DNA of 58,381 nucleotides, filler included, from Sphacelaria rigidula (taxonomy: Eukaryota): NCBI GenBank assembly GCA_964200075.2. It is 5 parts of 5 records of this genome, joined end to end, with 100 filler letters (N's around TTAATTAATTAA, not from the genome) between each part and the next. Parts side by side here need not be neighbours in the genome. Positions count along the whole stretch, not along the records: positions 46,787 to 58,381 come from CAXNAA020004734.1; 4 more parts are not named here. The stretch is one strand, 5' to 3'. The notes under the pieces are model-generated. The model was not told the DNA's origin, did not search any database, and worked only from the letters and a program-made list of their open reading frames with translations. Every line of letters begins with the position of its first letter. The stretch's first letter is position 1. This document shows positions 50,101-58,381 of the stretch, one piece after another. The translations under genes were made by a program, and so were the position numbers.

Positions 50101-53100
50101 ATCTCGATACGTTTTTCAACGTCCCTCGCGTTTTTGATGGCGAGAAGAATACAACCGACGGAAGCCAACAGAGGACTGGCTGATAGCGGCAGCAACGAAA
50201 ATCTCTTGTGCAGACCTGCAGAGGTTGAAAACCGGTACCCAAATATTATGCCCAACCACGAGTGCGACCTGCTTTTGGTCGCAGGTGGCGGTGGAGGAGG
50301 AAGCGAAGCGACGCACGCTCCTGCGATATATTCACGCCGTCAAAGCCGCGGCTTCACTGGGGGTCGACGAGCACTCTCACAAGAGCATGGCCGCAGCGGT
50401 TGGTAGGCCGGGTCGGGGTATTATACAGGTGATGATACATTACAGCAAGGAGGCGCACGCAACATGTAGGAGTAGCCGCGAGACGAAAGCGAGGAACCGC
50501 GCAGAACACAGACCTGAGTTTCCCCCTTCTGAACATCGGCCCTATGCGTTATGCCACACAATATGCAGGCAGAGACTCGCTCACAACGAACTATGACATT
50601 ACAGAGCTCATATGCCCCTCACAGGAAGTACTTATCCGTGTATCATTTTGTTGATGCGGCCACTTACCAAACGTTTTGTTTGGAGAATCCTGACACTTTT
50701 TCTTGCGTCTTGTGACACCTGGGCATGCGTACTGAATACAGTATCAATGCAGGTCAGCCATGTGCTCTGTGAAAATGGGATGGGCAGTGTTTGCCGGCTA
50801 TTTGGCAACGCTAACTCTATCAGACGTTTGATAAACAACGATGTTTGGTTATTTGGTCGCTTTTCAAATGCTGCGATCGTTTCTGCCGTTTTCCGAAACG
50901 ACGAGCGACGACAAGTGACGAACCCCGCCTCGCCATCCGATGTGCGTGATTAATACTGTCAACAATTAGTTGCCCGAAAGTGGAGTGACGGACGAGGAGG
51001 TTCACGCAATTGCGGCTCTCTTACGGGGAAATACCTCGATAGCGGAACTTAATCTTCGGGGAAATGAGGTGCGTGCGACCTGTAGTACATGTGCAACATG
51101 AACTATGTTTTTGTTCAGCATTTGTCAGTCGCCAATACGCTGACAGGTACGGATGCCTGATGGCAGTGCACAAGACCCATATGCCTGGAAAAGTGGTAGG
51201 CTGCAGCGATAAAGATCATTTACTGGGTAAGATAGACCTTCAGTATCGTCGGAGTATACAATATTTACAGGATACCCTGCGGTTCTGTGTCTGTGGTCCC
51301 GGACGGTTGCTGTAGTCCGTTTTCTCAACATTTGATACACTATATCTCGCATGTGATCGAAGGATTACGCCGTCATTATTAGCGGCATTTTTTGCGGGAA
51401 ATTTAACCCCCAGGCCATTGGGATATTCCTGTGTTTTTCCTATTTCCCCCCCGTTGTCAAGATCACCGACGAGGGTGCGGCAGCGCTCGGGGCGGTTCTT
51501 GCAGGTCGTATGGGGCTGAGGTCGGTGGATCTTCGAGGGAACCGCGTCTCCAAGCAGGTACTGTCGGGGATCGCCATGGTAAACACAGCAACTGTGGCTG
51601 GTTGAATATATCGCATACGACGAACATGCTGCTACGGACTTGAAGTATCATAATGACTCACAGTCGGGGTCAACTCCATGATGGTGACTACTTGACCGTT
51701 GACTCGATGAACTCGTCATGCACGGTGGGGCTTGTCTGTGGTCGCCGATGCTGCCAAGCGCGTGGAAACTTAGAAAGCGGCCGAAAGTCGCGCGTGTTCG
51801 CGGATGCTGGCAAACCTTCTTTCCGCCGGAGCATGCGAGGTGCAACGCTGCCATAGTCGTTCCCTTTCCTCAGCTATATGCTTACTGAAACCATCTCACA
51901 AACGATGTTCAGGGCATTCGCACAATCGCGGAAGCTTTGGATCGGAGCGAGCGGGTGCGCCACGTGTACGTACATGCTGGCGGCAAAGTGGAAGCGTTGG
52001 GAACAGGCGTTTGGGCAGCACCCCGCACAGACACCGCGACACCGGGAGTAGCTATGGCTGTAGGCGATGACACGACCACAAACAGCCACCAAGGCTCGCA
52101 GCAGCAGCATGGTGCACCGTCCCCCTCCCCCGGCACCGGCACTATACCGTTGGTAACGGTCGAAACAGTCTGTGTTGTTGACATCCGAGAAAACTGTCCT
52201 CCAACAGGCACAGACGACAGCGTAGTGGGGGCAGCCGCGCTCGCGGCCGCTATGGAAGATCCGTCCGTGCCTTTACCCACCGGAGCCGCAGCTCATTTTG
52301 CGTCAGGACCTGGTGGCGGACGGGCGCCTGTGTTTGCGACGTCGGTCCTGCCAGGGGAGCTAACCAATAGTGTCATTAGCAGTGGTGGAGGGCGTGTTAG
52401 TGGGAGGGCGGGGGACAAGGCCGCAGCGAGGCTGAGGAGGCAAGGGGCTGCGAGACGAAGGACTGAGCGAAGGATACGGGAACAAGAGGGTAGCAGGTGA
52501 GAACGGATTAATACTGCTGTACGGGATAATACCGACCGTACTTCTTGCGTCCTAATCGAGTGTTCTGCAGAGCATGATGCGCAGCAGTCATTGCGCCGAG
52601 AATAAACAGGGAAATCACTAAGCTGAGGTATTTAGTATAGCAGGATGCTGTGCGACTGTGAAAGTCGATGGCTGCTGGGTGGAGCATGCAATGCCTTTGT
52701 GCAGCATATGAAAAATGTATAGACAAGACCTCATGCGTTGAGTAGTTCTGCAACGTATCTAAGTTCCGCTTTCGAAAGCGTCCGTAGGTGAGTACAGTCT
52801 ACAAAACGTGGTTGACTGAATTTATTTGACGACAGCTGGCGGGGAGTGGGAGTGCTCACCTATTCGACGAGACCAAAATGCAAGGTGTGTACCGCGGAGA
52901 GATGGGTTGATCCCTCGTGACCACGGGTTCGTCCCGAGGAGGGGGGGGGGATTCAAAGTGCGACAAGGAGAAGCAGGTTGCGAAAAACAGGGGGGGGATT
53001 GAAAACCGACGTCATAGCCCGATACCTATACGCATGACCGGGGACCAATCACTATTATCCCGCAGACAAACGTTCAGCGCAAGCCAAGATGAGCATATAC

Positions 53101-53497
53101 CTCGCGACCATTAATGCTCTCAACAATGTCTGCCCCCCTCCTCAGAAACAAACAGATGGAGCTAGGCTGGGTCGGGCGCAGCGGTGGCATAGACGCTCGA
53201 CCCACGAGCATAGGTGTTGTAGGGGGTGGATCCCGAACAGGCGCAGGTGGTGGTCTGCCGCGCGTTGGTGTTTCTGATAGAGGCAGCCGCAAGCCGGGAC
53301 ATGGCCAATGGCGAGCGGTAGGAAGCGACGGCGAAGAAATGCAGACAACTGACGAGCACGGTGATACTGAAGTGGCGGGTGGTGGTTTGCATCGTTCAAT
53401 TTCCGCTCCCCATTTCCCAGGCTCTGCTGCCGCCGATCAGCGACAGAGGCGGGCATCACCGTTAGCCGGCGGGCGTAGCAAACACGGCCCGGCATGA
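47143..53497 (+). CDS. Coiled-coil plus RI-like leucine-rich-repeat protein (10 exons; 5' end probably beyond the gap)
   Basis: Phase-compatible exons 47143-47205, 47865-48017 (GC donor inferred), 48574-48759, 49104-49235, 49816-49932, 50285-50428, 50970-51068, 51462-51557, 51913-52496 and ~53146-53497. E/K/Q-rich helical segments, then LRRs SIAELNLRGNEITDEGAAALGAVL and LRSVDLRGNRVSKQGIRTIAEAL. Confidence 0.85.
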
Positions 53498-54189
53498 GAG
53501 AATACGATGTGGGGGGGTGATTCCATATTAACGACATAGATAGATGGTGATTTTGACAACGGTGTACATGGCGTTCTCGGCGATTCGAGATGGCACTTCG
53601 GTTCTCGTGTTATTTGTTGATGTGGGATTGTGGGCCTTAGTCGCGCAGTTCAAGATACGAAGGACTGTGCATAACGGGTATACACACGTGCACCTTTACA
53701 GAAAAAGGAGCCGAGTGTGCCCACCACGTGCATGGTGTCCATGCATCACAGGTTCCTGCACTGAAGAGGAAAACGATAGAAAGACCAAACATCCGGTGGA
53801 AAATGCCAACAAACACGGAGAACGTGCGCTACGAGCGATCAACACCAAAGATGTGGCATCCGTTGGCGCTACGCGACCCGTTGGTTTCATCTTCATGCGT
53901 AAGTCAAGTACGATAAACGAAACATGAAAAGGAAGGCCACATAACCTCAAGAGCTATTTGCCGGAACGCAGCATGGCGGCCGACAAGTATTACAACGTGA
54001 GACCCCGCAAATACAAATCGTGCAGTTATACAGGTGTACAAACACGTACCGCTACGTAATCCGTCGACCAGAACAAAAAAAATGCAGACGGAGCGGACAT
54101 CGTTGTTCAACTATTCGTGAAAGGGGCGCAGTGGCAAACCACTTGGACGCGGTTGCTTGACTCAGTTTCGGAATCTTGTCGCCTCTCTG

Positions 54190-56490
54190 TCAACTCCTTG
54201 TCAAATCCACCATCGCGGGGAGCGCGTTATCCATACATGCCCTTCGTGTTGGCAAATCATCTCCCGTCGTTCCAGCCGCCGGTTCTCCTGTTGTCTGATC
54301 TTCACCCGGCTGTAGACATTGCGCCAACGAGCTGACATACTCCCATTTCCGCTTCGTCCTCCTGCTCTGGTGTAACGGGCTAGTTGCCCGCGCGCCCACC
54401 TCTGACGGGCTTTTCAACACTCGTCGCGAAGAGCCCGGCACTGATTCCGGTACGTGGCACTTGTACAAGTCCTCTCGCGAGTTCGCACGTTCCGCTCCGC
54501 CTCCCTTATCTAATCCATTACTATCGCCGCCCTCTCGACGTTTTCGACTGCCGCTTCTTTGGTTCATGCTGCCTTGCGTGCTGCTGCCTACTTTCCCTTG
54601 TCCGCTGTTGCGAGGGTTTTTAACGGTGCACGTCCTCGCCCGTTCTGTCGGCAGAGTACGTTTGCTAGTAAGCGGGGGCGTACAACCGTCTTGAGACCCG
54701 GTGGCACTCCTTCGAGTGTCGTCGACGCTCTCGACCACGCGGCCCGGAGTCGTGCTTCGTACTTTTGAAGATGTTTGGGCATGACCAGGAGCAATGGACG
54801 GCAATTTTGTAGCTGTTCGCGCGCTGCCGGGGATTGTCGATAGGCCACACATAGGTGCCGCGTCGCTTGGATTCCTTTTTACCGCTGTACTTTTGCCGGC
54901 TGAGAAGAAGTGGTCAACTCCAAGTTTCTGGCTTCGCACCACACGAAACGGGGCATCGGGTAGCAGTCGCTCCTCGGCCATGCAACGTAGTATCCAATCT
55001 GACGAAACCACGATCGGGTGTGGGAAATTATCGTGAGGTAAAAATAGTGGAAGGGGTCTACTTGGGCAGTGAATACCCGCGAATCGACCGCTTAAGGATG
55101 TGAAACGGGCGCACGTGTCCCGGGCTGTGTATCGAAGACACGGAAAAAGCGGTGATTGGTTTCGTGTGGCCTCTCGCACCACCACCCTTAATGGTTGGAC
55201 ATCTATGAATTTATTGCTCACGTTCTTTCGTGGGAGAGCGCCGCAGTCCGTTGCAAACCATAACAGCCAAGACGGAACATCTAAATGCACTACAACGAAT
55301 CAAGCGTACCAACACGCGAAAAATGATCACTCAGTTTACCTGGGTGTACAACCTTCGTCTTGAGTGACTGGATGGCCAGTTCCCGACGGTGAATCCCAAA
55401 AAATTAGAAAAAAATGTGGGCAGACGAGCAGGTAGACAATGGCGCGGGAGATCAGGGGGTCAGTAGTTCCGCAGATGCTTATAGAAATGTGCAATCTGTA
55501 CAGTAGATAAATACTTCAAGGTGACTTGCCCAGGAGGGGCTGTTGGCAGATAGACAAGTATCAGAAATGAACGCCCATGTACAGAGTCAACATGGGTCAA
55601 GTTCACTGAAAATGTTCAAGGTTTGGCGAGAACGCAATTGCTGGACAAACCTCTGCGGACGGCACCAGTGTTACCCACGGCTTAGACCGTGTGTCCTTGG
55701 TAGCGACATTCAAAAATTCTCACGGTAGAGATGAAAATGTACGGGGACGCTTAGTACACTGAAGAAGAGGTACCTTCATCGCCTTGTCCGTCTTGACTGC
55801 GCTCAGGTTTTCCGCGATCACGTGGGTGACCCCCTTGACCGAAAGAAATGGTGTGGTTCGTCCTCCGTACTTACTTACGGCGCCCTTCAGGTGCATTCTG
55901 ATCATGCAGACACGACAAAAATTGGGGAGGTAAGGGGAAGAAAAAATATTATACGCGTAAACTCATCGTTGAGCACGGCTACAGCGGTGCGTCCGATACC
56001 CAAGCAAGCGAAAAACACCGTAGGTACTCCGTATACGCGCATGCAGATACGCATTCATGCCACTGAGATATCCCCGGATAGGCTCAGAACAAAAATTCCA
56101 TGTAATGAGTCGATAACCCTCGCGTATTCATGAGATACTGCTCAATCTCTCAGCCCCTACATCAATGCGACCATTTCCTAGCATTAACCTCTCTGATTAC
56201 AGAGTGCGTACGCCCAGGATGACGGCATCAACAAAGCAAGGCAATCTTCTCGACGAGGAAAACGTGAGCTCGTGACCGCTCGAACAGAAGGGAGGTTATA
56301 CGACTAGACTACACTGCACCCCCAAAGCCAGATACTCGCCGGTGAGCACATCGCGAGGGCCTAGTTTGTGTGAGCATTGAAGGCTACGGACACACGTTTT
56401 GAGGATTCGCACTCACGTTTGTTTGTCACCGGTGCGGCCATTGAAGTAGAAGCTGAGGCCCGCGAATATCTGTGATATCGCACTTGGAGC
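54190..56490 (-). CDS. BRCT-domain protein (REV1-type BRCT) with a disordered C-terminal tail; first exon not resolved
   Basis: Exons 56490-56417, 55897-55774, 55367-55340 (28-bp microexon) and 54998-54190 splice in phase to IFAGLSFYFNGRTGDKQTMHLKGAVSKYGGRTTPFLSVKGVTHVIAENLSAVKTDKAMKSLKTKVVHPDWILRCMAEERLLP. This has the BRCT GG, THVIA and W-x-x-x-C hallmarks. Confidence 0.85.
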
Positions 56491-57278
56491 CTGCGAAGAA
56501 ACTACCGAAAGATGATGCACGGCCGAAGAGAGGACGCTCATGAGTCGTACGAAGACACCCCGTGGTAAGATGTTAGCAACAAGCCAGCGGTGCTGTACAA
56601 GGATGAAAATCTCCCAAGTTTGTCTTGCACATATCCCGCGGACTGAACCAGTCGTGAGATACTCCGAAACGTTCAATGAACGGGAGCAACAGCGACCGAG
56701 TCATTAACAAGTGGCAACCAAGGCAGGTTGAGCTTGGCTCCGATCTCGTGGGTGTAGGTCTGTGCAGAAATAGTTACAGTAGTGGGCGGTCTAACTATTC
56801 ATCTTGTGGCATTTGTGATTTTTTCGTAGACGGCAATTTCTTGGGCTCTTTAGCTTGCCACGTATATCACATTGGGGATCTGAAGATATTTGTATCCACT
56901 CCACGTTTCAGGGGAAAATAATCATCTGTACTCAATATTGAGTGACTTACGGGCTGACCGGTCATCGGGGGTCCTCTCACGTTTCAGACAAGATTCTTAC
57001 TCTTCGGTATTTTCGGTCGATCGAGCCTGTGACGATCATATTTGTGAAGAGTGTACAGTTTTGTTTTCTTGGAAATTTACCTACTCATTGCATTAGAGCC
57101 GAAAAACTGTGTTTCACGGTCAATAACACCCTCCTGATAAACTGTGTACTGACTCGTATCGCCCGATAACACCAACTAGCATTGACTTGGGCACTGTGTC
57201 TCAAGGATGATCTGTTTATTGTACCAAAATCCACCGACGCTACAGGCTGGTTCACGGTGATCACCCAAAAAACACTCA

Positions 57279-57960
57279 TCCGCAAAATCTCACGCCATTT
57301 TAAGGAGTTAGACCCTGAATTTTTGCACGAATGTTCTATGGGTAATTACGCAACTTTTGACGGTTTTTCTCTTCTTTTTTGTTTTACTTTTTGACTTCTT
57401 TCACCGTTTTTCGGGGGTCCCAGATTTCTGGGGGAAATCTCGACCCAATCGGACCCCCGTAAAACGGTAACAAAAAAAAAAATCGTCAGAAGTTGCGTAA
57501 TCACCTATAGAACATCCGTGCAAAATTTCAGGGTCTAACTCCTTGAAACGGCGTGACTTTTTCCGCTTTTGTGCGATGAACTTTGCCGTACCGCGGTGAA
57601 ACCGTGAAATACTTGATTTTAGTACCAAAACGGCGTTGTCGGGCCTTGTTTGACGTTAATATGGAAATTGAAGCATGAGTCGATCGATTTTTGCGACGAA
57701 AAGTTGTGGAGCCCATCCTTGGGTTATGCGGAGGCAGATATTTCGTGAAAAAATGTAAACAAATATCGTAGTGCCGTTTTTCTGGGGTCCCAGAATGGAG
57801 ACTACTTCGAAAAACGACTTTGATCCTGTCGGACCCCCAAAAAACGGTTAAAAATTCAAGAAGTACAAAATAAATCGTATGTAGAAAGATGCGTAATGGT
57901 ACATAGCATATTTATGCGAAGTTTCCGGATCTAACTCTTAATGACAGCGTGAAAGTTTGC
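57279..57960. repeat. Inverted and direct ~80-150-bp repeats, probably transposon subterminal arrays
   Basis: 57289-57363 is the inverted copy of ~57484-57556; ~57775-57955 is a diverged direct copy of ~57404-57560 (GGGGTCCCAGA...CGGACCCCC...TTGCGTAAT...TCTAACTC). Confidence 0.7.
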
Positions 57961-58381
57961 GCGTTTGTGGAGGACGTGGGCTTGAAACGTGCAGCTCCTA
58001 ACTACTTGGTTTTAGTATGGAAACGTCTTCTGGGGTGAATTTGACGTCAAGGCAAGAAAAACTGTATGAGGCTTTCGAGTTTCTCCACCACAATTTGTAC
58101 ATGTGTTCCTTGGACTCTTCCGGGACGCATCATTTCATTATTTTTCTTTTAGGGCATTCTGTACCGCCTTCCGGGGGGTCTTCATGCTGGGACCCCCGGA
58201 AGCCGGTAGAGAACGGAGAAAACATGATATAGTGTCAAGAATACAATTCTTCCATTTTGAGCATCAATACCTACAGAACTGCCGAGTTTGAGGGCGATCT
58301 GAGCTTTTCTACGACAGATATAGGGGACACCGTCACGAGGCTCCCTGGGTCTTCCGTGCGTATCATTATCATTAGTGGATA

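Noticed and set aside
54999..55290. N-terminal ~97 aa of the listed 366-aa ORF
   Set aside because: Intron read-through; the BRCT is completed only by splicing at the 54998 acceptor.

Overview
Eukaryotic, intron-rich, repeat-rich scaffold. The EsV-1-7 repeat protein and the short-exon gene structure point to a brown alga (Ectocarpus-like stramenopile); this assignment is inference. Five host genes are supported: (1) a single-ORF protein on - (4561-5958) with several RVxF-like motifs; (2) a 12-exon SulP/SLC26 anion transporter on - (12491-22143, both ends not found); (3) an intronless EsV-1-7 cysteine-rich repeat protein on - (42827-44923) with a 5-unit higher-order duplication; (4) a 10-exon coiled-coil plus LRR protein on + (47143-53497); (5) a convergent REV1-type BRCT protein on - (54190-56490) with no visible polymerase domain. 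The 23-42 kb interval is a transposon graveyard: a decayed Ty3/Gypsy element (Gag CCHC, protease, two integrase fragments) abuts a decayed DIRS/Ngaro-type tyrosine-recombinase retrotransposon (RT-RNase H-YR). Its RT is split by a 250-bp hAT-like MITE with a perfect 8-bp TSD and carries an unusually long palm insertion. Many MITEs, foldbacks and LINE/SINE remnants are scattered through the window. Four 100-bp N gaps contain an artificial TTAATTAATTAA linker. No CRISPR array, rRNA or complete tRNA was found.
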